A stretch of DNA of 64,000 bases from Eledone cirrhosa (Eukaryota): positions 5,518,001-5,582,000 of the forward strand of contig OZ024751.1 in assembly GCA_964016885.1 (NCBI GenBank). Direction: 5' to 3'. Positions 1 to 13,614 of the stretch are shown here, in pieces. Below the pieces are notes generated by a model that saw nothing but the letters and a program-made list of their open reading frames with translations, made no database searches and had not been told where the DNA came from. The position numbers and the translations under genes were made by a program. The stretch's first letter is position 1. Every line of letters begins with the position of its first letter.

Positions 1-75
<75 letters not shown>

Positions 76-94
76 TTATATATACATATATATA

Positions 95-1226
95 AAATTG
101 TAAGTTTCAAGAATTATTAGATAAAATATATACTGTCTTTCCTGCCTAGTCCGTAGAAATCAACCACATAAATAATCATTTAAACGAGGCTATAAGTTGA
201 AAATGTAACTATGAAGAAATAATAGACAAATGATACAGACTATCTTCCGCGAGGGACAGCCAGATAAAATTTATCTAGTCATTCCTTTTAGGCCGTAGAA
301 ATTGAGTAGACAAATAATCAATTAAACGGAGATAGGTCTAAAATATAAGTTGGAAGAAAATATGCATATAAACTTTACCAAAATTCCTCTAGTCACGACT
401 GCCGACAGCTTCGCTCCCTTATTGGATATATATCCGATCCCGGATCTATCCACGAGGCCTGGAGCTCATCAAGAGACACCTTGAGTTTGGGCTAAAATTT
501 CTACCGTGATCCCCGCCAGAAATGAATTCAAAGATGGCTAAGAATCATCACGTGGCTACCGGTCAAGGCAGAATATTGTGAACCGCCGCCATGCGGCGTG
601 TAGGTTGGTTGCTAGAAAGCGCAGCCAGATACTGCCTAAAGTGTTACTCTACCGTACTGGAGTATATATTAAATTCATAGGGATATATGTATATATTTAG
701 ACATAGTCACAGATACATATATGAGTGGAGCACCTTTCACGGTGTGACTCAATGAAAGAATTAATTAATTGTTTTTACTATTGGCACAAGGCCAGCAAAT
801 ACCCAGTACATTACTGGTACTTTATTTTATCGACCCCGTAAGGACGAAAGGCAAAGTTAACCTCGACGGGATTTGAACTTAGACCGTAAAGGGACCTAAC
901 TATGCTAGAAAGCATGGTGTCCAACCCTCTACCGATTAATTAATGATACATAGTCTGTATCATTTGTCTATTATTTCTTCATAGTTACATTTTAAACTTT
1001 TAGCCTCGTTTAAATGATTATTTATCTGGTAGATTTATACGGACTAGCGAGAGGAAATACTGTATATATTTTATCTAATAATTCTTCAAACTTACAATTT
1101 TATATATAGCTCTGATTAAGAATTATTTGCTAAATTAATTCTTTTATTGAGCCACATCATGAAAGGTAGCTACACTCATATATGTATCTGCGACTATGTC
1201 TAAATATATGCATATATCCCTATGAA

Positions 1227-1235
<9 letters not shown>
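95..1235. repeat. Two interleaved inverted-repeat pairs (A 95-243 / A' 951-1100; B 662-765 / B' 1130-1235) between (TA)n tracts, probable PLE terminal-repeat remnants
   Basis: AAAATTGTAAGTTTCAAGAATTATTAGATAAAATATATAC at 95 is the reverse complement of 1060-1100. ATTAAATTCATAGGGATATATG at 668 is the reverse complement of ~1209-1231. B continues on the minus strand into TATACTCCAGT, while B' ends in (TA)n. Confidence 0.8.
765..936 (-). mobile_element. tRNA-derived SINE with Deu/Nin-like core
   Basis: Minus strand has a B-box-like GTTCAAATCC, the core CTTTGCCTTTCGTCCTTACGGGGTCGATAAAATAAAGTACCAG and the 3' GCTGGCCTTGTGCCAA. At least 7 copies occur in the window. Confidence 0.85.
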
Positions 1236-1284
<49 letters not shown>

Positions 1285-1286
<2 letters not shown>

Positions 1287-1725
1287 GGGATAACAGGTTA
1301 TCTTTATAGGCAGTCCACTTAGATGTAGTCCAGTTAATGTACCCTATAGCAGTTTTCACATGTGAATTTCATACATCTGTATCATATCAGTTCGTTTAAC
1401 ATGCTAGATTCATCATTATACTCTATTTCTTACTTATATTGATGTTATTATTTTAACTATTCAGTATCTAGTTATTTTATTATTGATATTATTGTTCTGG
1501 TTTAATACCACTCCTCTATAAAAGCCATGCCTTGTGTATCTTCTTCACTTTCGCGTGCTCTGATTAAAACGACTGGTTATAAACAAAGTATTGGAGATCG
1601 ATTGATGCAAAATCAGGCGAGTAGCGAATTCTAGACCTACCAGATCAAAGAAACAATTGTCAGCAATGTGAATAAAGTGCTTATTGTATAACAAACCATG
1701 TCACTCTTCTTTCTTGAATTATTAT
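1285..1725. mobile_element. PLE terminal-repeat insertion: short minus-strand tail (1285-1340) joined to a plus-strand pLTR (1343-1725)
   Basis: 1285-1340 resembles 42775-42830. 1343-1725 resembles the reverse complement of 42940-43345, including CTAGACCTACCAG..GAAACAATTGTCAGC. (TA)n lies on both sides. Confidence 0.75.
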
Positions 1726-1744
1726 ATATATATATATATATACA

Positions 1745-2432
1745 CGTTTAAATTTGGTGGTTTACCACTGGGTAGAACTGGTCATTTTGCAATGTTAACC
1801 GTGACGTAATATGAGAAAAGCACTCGACGCTATGCAACTCATCCATCTTCAATCTTGAATCATGTTGGTGGTGCGGGAACGGAGTAAATGTATTATAAAC
1901 TGAAATAACAGGAGGCCAAATATGTGGAATTTCCTTAATATTATATTACTGTAAACACTATGCACATTTCAATGGCCAGGTTGCCTAAGAACCCGGTAAC
2001 CTCATCAGGTGTAAATTGCGTGGTAGATGTATACCAAGGGAATGATGGTTAGCTTTAATGAAACAAGCAAAGAAGAAAAACAAAAAAAAAAAACCCAAAA
2101 AACAGAGAGGAAAAAATGTGTGCTATGGTTTTTACCCAGAAGCGGACGTAATAGCTTGCTGCCACATTGCAGGTCTACCTCTGAATGGGCGAGCAATGCT
2201 ACTACGTCCGTTTCTGGGTAAAATAACATAGCACACATTTTTTCCTCTCTGTTTTTTTTTGTTCTTGGCTTAAAGGTTATCATCATTTCGTTGGTATACA
2301 TCTATTACGAATTTACGCCTGATGAGGTCACCGGGTTCTTACGCAACCTGGCCAATGGAATGTGCATAGCGTTTACAGTAATAAATAAATTGAGGAAATT
2401 CAAAATATTTGTCCTCGTGCCATTTCACTTTA
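1745..2432. mobile_element. Palindromic PLE pLTR element with an HHR in each arm (arms ~1890-2160 / ~2191-2432, tail 1745-1889)
   Basis: Arms are reverse complements. CTGATGA at 2319-2325 (+) and TCATCAG at 2002-2008 with TTTC at 1967-1970 (-). TA-flanked. Confidence 0.85.
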
Positions 2433-2529
2433 TTATATATATATATATATATATAAGTGACATAGTCACTACTTTAAAACTGAAAGCGTATGGTCTTCAA
2501 AATATTTTTAATTAAGCATACGGTATATT

Positions 2530-3162
<633 letters not shown>

Positions 3163-3185
3163 GTGTGGGTGTGCGTGTGTGTGTA

Positions 3186-3382
3186 TCCCAGGTTCAGTCG
3201 GAGGTAACCACAGTAGGTAAGGCACTTAATATATAGTAGAGTATATAATGTTTAATATAGAAATGGCTTCTACAGGACTAGAACTGTTTCATTCGAAGGA
3301 AATCCTCAGGAAAGGCCTTTCCGGATGATTTCCTCCGAATGAAAGTTCTAGTCCTGTAGAAGCCATTTCTATATTAAACATT
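3186..3382. mobile_element. Mini palindromic PLE pLTR with HHR (arms 3247-3315 / 3316-3382, tail 3186-3246)
   Basis: Spacer-less palindrome centred on AGGCCT (3313-3318). Minus strand reads CTGAGGA-stemII-GAAACAG..CTGTA. Same family as 36955-37172, 42640-42712 and 29795-29925. Confidence 0.85.
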
Positions 3383-3386
3383 AAAT

Positions 3387-3429
<43 letters not shown>

Positions 3430-3455
3430 TACACACACACACACAGACACGCACG

Positions 3456-3509
<54 letters not shown>

Positions 3510-3765
3510 CATGGTGTAGAAATCAATAAGGTACATGTTCATTAAATAACATTTAGTTGTATCATAATTCAGCTCAAAGCTACGATGATGCCACTACTTC
3601 TCAAATATAACTAACAATTGCATTGAATGCTGAATGTGCTTTACTCCGGTAATTTTTATAACTACACATCTATCAATACTTCTATTCACAAATATATTTC
3701 TACTCTTTTTATGCGTCTCTTATTTTTTCTGCATCTCTTTCAAAAACGCCTTAGTTCTCGCTTTA

Positions 3766-3838
<73 letters not shown>

Positions 3839-3945
3839 CTCTCTCATACCCGTACACCCATACACACACACTATATGTATACAATATATACAATATATAC
3901 AGGCATATCTATCTATCTATCCATCTAACTCTTTCTGTATCTATA

Positions 3946-4025
<80 letters not shown>

Positions 4026-4047
4026 TACACATATATTTATATATATC

Positions 4048-4101
<54 letters not shown>

Positions 4102-4122
4102 TACACATATATTTATATATAT

Positions 4123-4221
<99 letters not shown>

Positions 4222-4689
4222 CATATACATACATACATGCATACATATATATATATGTTTATACAATTGTCCGATTGCTGTCTGTGGTATATTGCAGCAT
4301 ATTGTAGATTTTTATAGTGATTATAGTAACTATTGATAATTTTCATAAGTGATGTGTGGCTGACTCTTAGCACACTCTCCACTATTTACGACTTCAGACA
4401 ATATGTCCCGAAGTCATCCGTTAATTGCATTTTTATTCTATTGGTGTGAATGAAGAGAACGACGGGGCGGAGACTGGTTGAAACTAGCAGAGCAACTAAA
4501 TATAGCTTTTAGTAATCACATAGTTCAATTTTATTATTATTCCACTTTGAAATATGCACCATAGCACATAAGTTACAGCATGTTGAAGTATACTCCACAG
4601 TGCATAGATTACATTTAATAATATGCCGCCATTTTAATGAACAGGCTGGCGCTGTTGATCCGTTACTTTTATACTTTTAGGTGTATCTC

Positions 4690-4700
4690 TGCGCGCGCGC

Positions 4701-4771
<71 letters not shown>

Positions 4772-5260
4772 GGAATTTGTGTGTCTGTATGTATGCGATT
4801 GTATGTCTGTATGTGTTAGAATTTCTGTGTCTCTGCGATTGCGATTGTATGTCTGTGTTTGATTTGTATGCCTGTGTATTTACATGTGTTTCAGCGGCGT
4901 GTATGTGCCTCTGTATGTGTATGTGTCTTGGAATGTCTGTGTTTGTGCATATGTGGTTGTATATCTGTGTTTGGTTTGTGTGTCTGTGTTTCAATGAATC
5001 AGTGTGTATGTGCCTCTGTGTGTGTGTGTGTGCGAGTGCTTGTGTGTGCGCCTCAGTGTGTGTATGTGTGCACGGTGGTATATGTGCCTCAGTGAGTGTG
5101 TCAGTGTATATATGCATGTGTTTCGGCGTGTATGTGCCTCTATGTGCATATGTGTGTGCCTGAGAGTGTGCGTGTATGTGCATTATTGATAATGTCAGTA
5201 TTAAAGCTGAATGCATTAACGTGCAAGGCTCTGCATGTCTCTGTCTCTCTGTCTCTCTGT
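4690..5260. repeat. (GT)n and degenerate GT-rich low-complexity tract
   Basis: Direct reading. Confidence 0.9.
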
Positions 5261-5520
5261 CTATGTGTAGCTGTATTTCAACAAGTCTCCCCACCACTGA
5301 TCTAACAACATCGTTAGCATCACTATTTAGACTGGTTGTTATAATGTAATTAAATTGCTCCCCAACTGTTCAGAGGTCAGCTCCCGGCAAAGGCTTTTTT
5401 TCACTATAGTAAATATAGAAAAAAAAGAGGTGAGAATGTGTGTTATTTTACTTACAACTGTTTGTACTTCAGTGCAATTAAATGTGACTTAGTCTCTCTT
5501 CATTCTTACCTGCAGGGACA

Positions 5521-5592
<72 letters not shown>

Positions 5593-5608
5593 GACGACGA
5601 CGACGACG
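5521..5608. repeat. (TAC)n/(GAC)n trinucleotide repeat
   Basis: Direct reading. Confidence 0.95.
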
Positions 5609-5698
5609 CCGGCGACGATCACACCTTAAACATTTTTAGTGAGACTTGAATGTTTATTATACATAAAGATATCATATATGTCTTTATACAAAGACACA

Positions 5699-5774
<76 letters not shown>

Positions 5775-5989
5775 GAAGTTCGTTTTCAAATATAAAAACT
5801 GGAAAGGTGTAGGTGAAAGTGTTATATCAGCTCAAAATACGATAATTCATTACAATAAACTTTACACACGGCTATTTATATTTATATATATATATGTGTG
5901 TGTGTGAACTCCTTTTGTGCTAGATTATTCAAATGGAGAGAAAATTATTCATTAAAATATGTTACCAAACATTTATATCATAATTTAAT

Positions 5990-6027
5990 TTACAATTGTT
6001 TCATTCTCGTGGGACTCATCGGAATCA
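5990..6027 (-). ncRNA. Degenerate minimal hammerhead ribozyme (PLE pLTR remnant)
   Basis: Minus strand GATTCCGATGAGTCCCACGAGAATGAAACAATTGTA: CCGATGA core, GAAA, palindromic CAATTG and GTA site. Confidence 0.55.
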
Positions 6028-6953
6028 TTACATAGATAAAGCCTCAACAAGTTCATCTTTTCTAACGCACAAAGAATCCGTAGAATTTTAGTTACATTTA
6101 AAAAAAACTGCATAGACATCAGAAGAGAACTTGCTTACCACATGCAGCATGACGTTAATTCACATTGGCACTCAAGCGAATGTCATGCATTAAAATGGTC
6201 GTGTAACCATAGGAAATGCCACTTTTTTAATCTAATAAATGCTTTATAAATGCCAACAAATATAAAGATGCACACACACATATATATATATATGTGTGTG
6301 CATACATAATCCACAAACGCAGCTTTGTTACAATTTTTTACAATTTGCAGAAGATACCGACCAAATATTGCTTATTCCGTCCATAATACATTAGGTTTAT
6401 GCACTAGATTAAATTATTTACGTTTGTCACTGCGGAACTGGTGAGACACAATTGCAGATATTATTAGATACTTCACCCAATTCATTCAATACTTCGTTAT
6501 TTCTGTCCTCTTTCCTAAGAGCTAATCATACTAATCATTGTTTTTTTGTTTCGAACCTTCCGGCGCCAACGAATTTAATACCAAGGATTTACTGAGAAGA
6601 ATTTAGTCGAAAATAAACAGTGTGGCTTGTCAAATAAAAGCTATAATTGAATTGGTCGGTATGATGTTTTTGGTGAAGAATATGACAAATTTAAACAAAT
6701 TACTATTCATTATGTTTAATAAGACATTCAATAAAACTATCATTCACGTCATTCAGTCATTAGTTGTGTTTTTTTAAAAAAGATTTAGATTTAACTCAAC
6801 GGTCGCCCGGAGTTGTCTATCAATCAGTAATCTAAGCTGGTCGCTAAACTGGTGAATGTGAATCGTAATAATTCGGTATAAATTACATTTTTGAATTATT
6901 ACACATAAACACAGACACATACACACATGCAGACACACACACAGCTATATATA

Positions 6954-6997
<44 letters not shown>

Positions 6998-6999
<2 letters not shown>

Positions 7000-9467
7000 T
7001 GAAAAAGAACAAAGGAACTATTATGACATTATAACAAGTTTATTGCCGACAGCCATTTCGTCCGACCATATGTTGGGGCTTTTCAAGGCATATAACAGGT
7101 GATTGTAAGTTCATTATTTACATCAACGTTTCACTCAAGATTAGCAGTTTGAAATCGTGGTATACATCAACAGCTCCGCTTGTATATTTGGGGTCTATAT
7201 TCTAAGGGGCTCTTTTATATTAGTTGTAGGAGTTGTAAAAGGGATGGGTTATAGGGAGTTAAGAGAATTTGAAAAGGGCCTAAGAGTTAGGGATTGAAGG
7301 TTAAAAATGAAAGAATTTATAAGTTACGCATTAAAAGTAAAAGACTTGGGATCTCGTAAAAGCACCTTAAAAAATCCCTCAATAAGGGCATAAAGCTTAT
7401 AAGCCCCAATAAACCTAACAAACCAGAAGAGATTAAGAGAATAAAAAAATAAAAAAATAAAAATATAGTTTCCTAAAAAATTCCTTCAAAAGAAAAAAAA
7501 TTTTTTCTAAGAGATCTCGTTAAAAAATTTCAGAAGATTTACGAAGATTTGATAATCCCTACTAAAGTTCTAAACTCAGAAATTAAAAATTAAAAATTAA
7601 AAATTAGGGAAAAGAACTTTCAATAAGATTTAACAGGTTAATAAAGTTAATGATTTAGGGAGTCCATAATATAAATATTAAGATTTAAGTTAGGATTTGA
7701 ATTTTAAGAGTTCCAAACCCAGAAATTAAAAAAATTAGTGAATTTAAGATTAAGCAATCTTATATATCCAAGATTAAAAATTAATGATTAAGGGGTTGAA
7801 CATTAAATTTAATTTTAAAAATTAAGAAATAAATAGTTGAAAGAAATTAATCAATTAAAGGTTAATTCAAAAAGCCTTCAAAAGATCCCTCAGAAAAGGC
7901 CCCTTTAATATTTTTAATAAGAACCTCTTCCGAAAGACCCTTCAAAGAATTAAAATTTTAGAGAGCCTTTAAAGATATATATAAATGAATTGAGGAAAAT
8001 TACAAATTAAAAGTAAAAAATTACGGGATTTGGGAGATCCGAGGAATTTTCAAAGGGCTGCTTCAGCAGATACAACTTAGGTATAATAGATAAAGTAATT
8101 TAAGTAATTTAAGTAATCTAATTAAGGAATAATTCAAAGAGCTTATCAGGTTGGGCAAGATTAAAGAAAATGATAAGTAAGAAAATATATAAGCAAAAAG
8201 ACAATAATTATAAAATGTATTTTTAAGAAGGTATAAAGTAGCTTCAGTAATCTAATAATGTATTATCAAAAAATTATTAATATAGGATTAACAAAGACAT
8301 AATAATATATTCCTGCCTAATTAATAAACAATCAATAAACAATTAACAGTCAAGCAAAATTTACTCCGGGATATTCCACGCTCGGATACTTTACACACAT
8401 ACAGCAACACATAGGATTAACAAAGACATAATGGTATATTCCTGCCTAATTAACAAACAATCAATAAATAATTAACAGTCAAGTAAATTTACTCAGGGAT
8501 ATCCCACGCACGGATACTTTACACACACACAGCAAGATGAACAATACAGGTGACCTTGTGGGTGCGGTATCCATTGTGCGCATGCAGTAATCTGCATAGC
8601 TCCAGGCACAGTTGGTCTTGTTTAAAAGTTCCGAGTTCACGAATCAACTGGGATTCACTATCAGCTGTGTGAACTCCCTGGGAAATGTACCTGTGGATCA
8701 AATAGCTGGTGGTCGCAGGGTGTGGTCCGTTCGATCTTTTAGTTTCGGGGATTGCACGCGTTTGCGATAGATCAGCCTGCCGGTTCTAAACCCAAGGTCT
8801 TGCTGTATAGGATGTATTGGTGTACATGATATATTGGTAAAAAAGTCCAGTATGGACTTGACTGGGGTGGTATATTGCGTCTCTCGCTATTATCCCCTCC
8901 TCTCACCAATTCCAAGCTCACACGCGACTGGTCAAATGCTAAGGGCTGTCCCCTCTTTGTTTGTTGTAGGGGTCGGTTCTAGCTTAGATGGTGGTCGTGT
9001 TATCCATGTTGCTTCTATATCCCGTCAGTCATGCATATTCAAGACAGATCAGGGTATATATTTGCGGGTATGGTCCGGCGTCTACGCTATCCAAACGGTC
9101 TCTCTTGTGGTATTTTCAAATTCGCATGTCATCTCCCGGTTAAGTCTGCGCATGCTTCGGTGAATCTCGTGCATGGAATCTTGGGGTATCATATTACACG
9201 GGGTGACTAGCAGAAAATACATATTCCATGCTATCGCGCACGCGCTGGCCTGTGGCTACGACCATGTCCAGTCTCGGGGAGTAGCAGACAGCAGGTAGAC
9301 CAGCGAGACACACCCCTGTTCAAGGGGCACAACCCCTAACTTATCGAGTGGTCAGACATCAAGGGAGTCAACTCTCCAGGCCCATTATGTCAACCAAATA
9401 AATCCTTATTAATAAAGAACTAAGTCCTTATTAATAAAGAACTAATGTTGCTAAACAAATTCAGAAA

Positions 9468-9470
<3 letters not shown>
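6998..9470 (-). mobile_element. TA-flanked 2.5-kb ORF-less putative non-autonomous PLE
   Basis: (TA)n at both ends, HHR and AATAAA near the left end on the minus strand, and strong strand-skewed composition like other PLE 3' UTRs here. Internal tandem duplication 8282-8407 / 8411-8535. Confidence 0.6.
7043..7091 (-). ncRNA. Hammerhead ribozyme, U3-A8 core variant
   Basis: Minus strand TGCC-TTGAAAA-GCCCCAACATATGGTCGGAC-GAAA-TGGCT-GTC-GGCA, with stem I TGCC/GGCA. Confidence 0.7.
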
Positions 9471-9532
<62 letters not shown>

Positions 9533-9535
<3 letters not shown>

Positions 9536-9712
9536 TTTCTGAATTTGTTTAGCAAGATTCTTTATCTGAAAACGTGTGTTGAAACCGATATTGTTATACT
9601 TTGGGAACCAACCAACCAACGGGAAATTTATAAATTTAATTTATAATAAATTGAAGTGAAAGCAACTGCTGCGTGTGTTTCTTATTAGCAACATGACCCT
9701 CCCAAAGTATAA
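9533..9712. mobile_element. PLE-like terminal fragment with internal inversion (family of 54766-55300)
   Basis: 9533-9605 matches the reverse complement of 55228-55298. 9603-9712 matches 55110-55239 in direct orientation. TA-flanked. Confidence 0.75.
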
Positions 9713-9724
9713 CTATATATATAT

Positions 9725-11483
9725 ATGAAGCTCTTGCTCGAAGTGGATTTGTCGATAAGGTAGCGTATACAGAGTACGAAAATAGACCTAGAAGAAATAG
9801 ATCCCGTCGCATTTGTTGGTATAATCCACCATATAATATGGAGGTGGCCACACCATTAGCTAAGATCTTTCTTTCCCTTATTACGAAGCATTTTCCCCCT
9901 ACACATAAATATAGTAAAATATTTAATAGAAATACTATTAAAATTTCTTACTCTACGACTCCTAACCTTGCACATAACATCACAGCTTCAAATTTAGCTA
10001 AACTACCTAGCCGTTGGAACACGTGCAACCCTGTAGTTAGTACTAACTGTAATTGTAGGAATCGGGTTGATTGCCCCCTATCCGGGAAATGCCTCTCTAG
10101 TAACATTGTCTACAAATGTAAGGTTGTAACACCCACGTCCCGTAGGGCCTACATAGGGTTAACCGCCAATAGATTCAAGCAGCGTCTTTACATGCATACC
10201 CATTCTTTTCGTTACCCTCTAAGAAAGAATATGACGTCACTTTCAGCTTATATCTGGAGTCTAAAAGACAACCACACCCAATATAAGTTACACTGGGAGA
10301 TCCTAGCTAGGGCTAGATTGTATAACGGAAATAAAAGACCATGTGACCTCAGCGCCGCTGAGGCCCTGGAAATAGTCTATTCCTCAGACCACATCTTAAA
10401 CAAAAAATCTGAGGCAATTTCGGCTTGTAAACATAAATTGCACAAAACTTTCCTGTATTACAGCCCCACGTTATACCCTAACGGATAGTACGATCTATAC
10501 GTGGATATTTTACGTCTTGATGTGGCAGCTAAGTATATGTTTGTTTATACCATTACTTATTTGCATAGGTAAGTATATATTACCCGTATGTTTTGTGAAG
10601 GTACGTATACCTTCTCGTACGTATATTTGATTGTTTATGTTATGGCGTATAATTTTATATTTTCTGGTACATACGGTTTGGCCTTGTGTATACGGGAGTT
10701 TTGCGTCTGTGTGAGTATGCTGGCTCGTACGTATGTCGGGTGTGTGTATATGTGTACTTCATGTTTTGGTTGACATACGTCTCCGAACATTCGTGTATTT
10801 ACATGTAGGTATGTGTGTGCGCTTGTTATATACGTATTTATTTACTTATATACGTTTATATAAATATTTATTTATTTGTATACACGCATACACACACACA
10901 TATATTTATATGTGCGTGGTTTTGTATACCTATGGTAAGTGTTTTCGCGTATGCTTGTGTATGTACGTATTTGTTTGCGTGTATGTATTTATTTATTTCT
11001 ATTACTTCTGTATTGTATTTATTTACTTTGTTCTTAACTCTGTAGCGGAGATTCATTCGGTCTCCTAGTTAGAATTTTAGTCTACGACTTCTGCTATACC
11101 ATTTACGTGGTTTTGTCTTTGCGTGCTATTGTTCTCCACGCTCCACATATGATATACTATCTTCGTTTTTTTCGTTCATTGCCAGAGAACGTCTCTATGA
11201 ACCACCTAAGAGAACATTAGTCTACGACCTCTTTTATACCATAAATGTGGTTCTGTCTTTGCGCATAATTGTTTTTCACCGCTCCTATTAATGACGTATT
11301 ATATTCGTTTTTTCCCATTCTGTGCCAGCGAACGTTTCCACGAATCAAAGTATCGTCTTCCTGTCTTCCTCCGGTTGCAACGTTTTTTGAAATATCCACT
11401 TCTGCGTTTACAGATTGACTTTGTTAGTTTCAGAAGAAACCTGTTAAGGGTGAAAGCAGCGATTCTTTGCTTAAACTTTAATA
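9725..11483 (+). mobile_element. 5'-truncated Penelope-like element (Hydra-like)
   Basis: GIY-YIG ORF, T-rich 3' UTR with duplicated block 11068-11200 / 11215-11345, HHR-like CAGAAGA-ACC..GGT-GAAA at ~11431-11456, AATAAA, then (TA)n. Confidence 0.85.
9727..10488 (+). pseudogene. PLE ORF remnant: RT thumb/linker + GIY-YIG endonuclease
   Basis: Open frame from 9727 (EALARSGF..RRNRSRRICWYNPPY), then IFNRNTIKISYS, CNCRNRVDCPLSGKC, NIVY..YIGLT..FKQRLYMH and C-terminal CDL..E..LNK. Confidence 0.9.
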
Positions 11484-11511
11484 AATATATATATATATAT
11501 TATTATTATTA

Positions 11512-11578
<67 letters not shown>

Positions 11579-11588
11579 ATTATTATTA

Positions 11589-11633
<45 letters not shown>

Positions 11634-11676
11634 AATTCTGGCAATATTACACAAATATGACCCTCCCCAAGTATAA

Positions 11677-11750
<74 letters not shown>

Positions 11751-11752
<2 letters not shown>

Positions 11753-11921
11753 GATATTAATAAATCAAAACTATATTTATAAAACCATATTTATTTCATT
11801 ATACATATTTCAGGGATACCACATTAAATTATGTTATGCCTTCATCAGACAAAATACAATATATAACTCGTTTTACAAATAGGTTTGACGTACCCTTTAA
11901 AATACAACCAGAACTTTTGCA
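11751..11921 (-). mobile_element. PLE pLTR (family of 13291/55389) with HHR, plus the last 11 nt of the tail in opposite orientation
   Basis: TCATCAG 11842-11848 and TTTC 11808-11811. Ends in AGAACTTTTGC, the reverse complement of the tail end at 55389. Confidence 0.8.
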
Positions 11922-11966
11922 TATATATATATATATGCAGACACACACAAGGCTATATATACTTTT

Positions 11967-12150
11967 ATATAATATAATATCAAAAGATGGTTAAAAGAGT
12001 TCCAAGTATTTTATTATGCGCATTTCAAAAACAAATATCATCATGGGATTATATCTGCGTTCTCATCAGATAAAATAGGGAGACATGATATGAAGCTTAA
12101 AAAACACTTGTGAATAGTGAAGTTTTAAATCAACATATTTGCTTTGGTTT
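11967..12150 (-). mobile_element. PLE pLTR with HHR (second copy at 36097-36265)
   Basis: Minus strand CTGATGAGAAC..GTTTTTGAAATGCGCATA-ATAAAA. Close match to 36105-36262. Confidence 0.75.
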
Positions 12151-12386
12151 ATTGTTGCTATAAAATTCACCTCCTACATATACTTTTATATATATATACA
12201 GATTATAGCAAACATCACGGGCGATCTATCTCAAAATTATTTTTTAAAAGCATTAGAAATGCGTAACCGGTAAAACTTAAAACCAAAACTGAATACTAAC
12301 CAATACTATTACTAATTTTTACTTATTGCTAATTAAACTATTTTTCACTGGGAACAATTTGTCAGCATTCTCTTTTCCTTTTACCA

Positions 12387-12447
<61 letters not shown>

Positions 12448-12461
12448 TTTATATATATATA

Positions 12462-12520
<59 letters not shown>

Positions 12521-12529
12521 GCCTAAAAT

Positions 12530-12947
12530 AAGGGTTTCCTCCCTTGCCGAACTCCACGTGGCGTCAGTAACAGTCATTCCTTAAATTAGCAGTTGAACTA
12601 AAACCTGTTGATAAAGTGGCTTCCTTGTTCAATGATCTTACCAGAAGCCTAACATTATTTATGTAAGCGGACAGTACTTGATTTAGGAGTCGCAGAAACC
12701 CAAGTGCTGGATTTTACCAACCATTCCAGGGGTCCAGGTAAATTTTCAATCACATATATTTTTATTTGTTTGACCCGAATTACTTGGTCGTTTCTTTGAC
12801 TGTGCGGATGTTTGTTTAACCATCGTCTCAGTGTGTTTGGCCGTTAACGTATGTTGTAGCTCTGGTTCGTTAGAATTATTGGGCGCTTGCCACACATTTC
12901 GGAAGTTGTTTTTCGCTAATTCCTAAGCCGAACTATGATTCTCGCTA

Positions 12948-12950
<3 letters not shown>
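12530..12950. mobile_element. TA-flanked interspersed repeat fragment, unclassified
   Basis: The 3' end TTCGCTAATTCCTAAGCCGAACTATGATTCTCGCTAATTT has an inverted relative at 35980-36030. Both abut (TA)n. Confidence 0.5.
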
Positions 12951-13031
<81 letters not shown>

Positions 13032-13201
13032 CTGTGTGTGTGTCTGCCTGTGTGTATGTGTCTGTGTTTATGTGTAATAATTTACAAATGTAATTTATAC
13101 CGAATTATTACGATTCACATTCAGCAAAGTATATATAGCTGTGTGTGTGTCTGCATATATATATATATATATATATACAGACACACACACAGTTATATAT
13201 A

Positions 13202-13295
<94 letters not shown>

Positions 13296-13424
13296 AAGTT
13301 ATATTTAAAATTGTTGGGTTACAACTAGTAAATATTTATAACTGATATAAAAGCACTCGACAAATATTTGGAGTATATTTACAATATTAAATAAATGGAA
13401 AACTATATTTATAAAACCATATTT

Positions 13425-13490
13425 ATTTCATTATATATATTTCGGGGATATCATATTAACAATATGCTATGCCTTCATCAGACAAAATAC
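13425..13490 (-). ncRNA. Hammerhead ribozyme in inverted pLTR
   Basis: TCATCAG 13475-13481 and TTTCG 13440-13444. Confidence 0.75.
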
Positions 13491-13614
13491 AATATAAACA
13501 GTTTTATAGATAAATATATTCGACATACCGTAATAAACATCAACTTCATTTGGAGAGGTTTACGCTAGCAGTGAAAATACAAAGATTAAAAATACAAAGA
13601 TTAAAAATAAGCCC

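Noticed and set aside
2005-2301. Similar ORFs on opposite strands (2005-2301 and 2027-2221)
   Set aside because: They are a by-product of the palindrome.
5500-5520. Minus-strand CCCTGCAG|GTAAG as a splice or recursive splice site
   Set aside because: No polypyrimidine tract, since it is preceded by a triplet repeat. Could be chance.
8519-8840. GIY-YIG-like words (ESQLIRELGTF on minus; CDRSAC and YIGK on plus)
   Set aside because: Short, on conflicting strands and interrupted by stops. Needs an HMM search.
9564-9597. CTGAAAA..GAAA hammerhead on plus strand
   Set aside because: The core is not conserved in the sister copy at 55240-55275 (CTAAAAA) and there is no convincing stem I/III.
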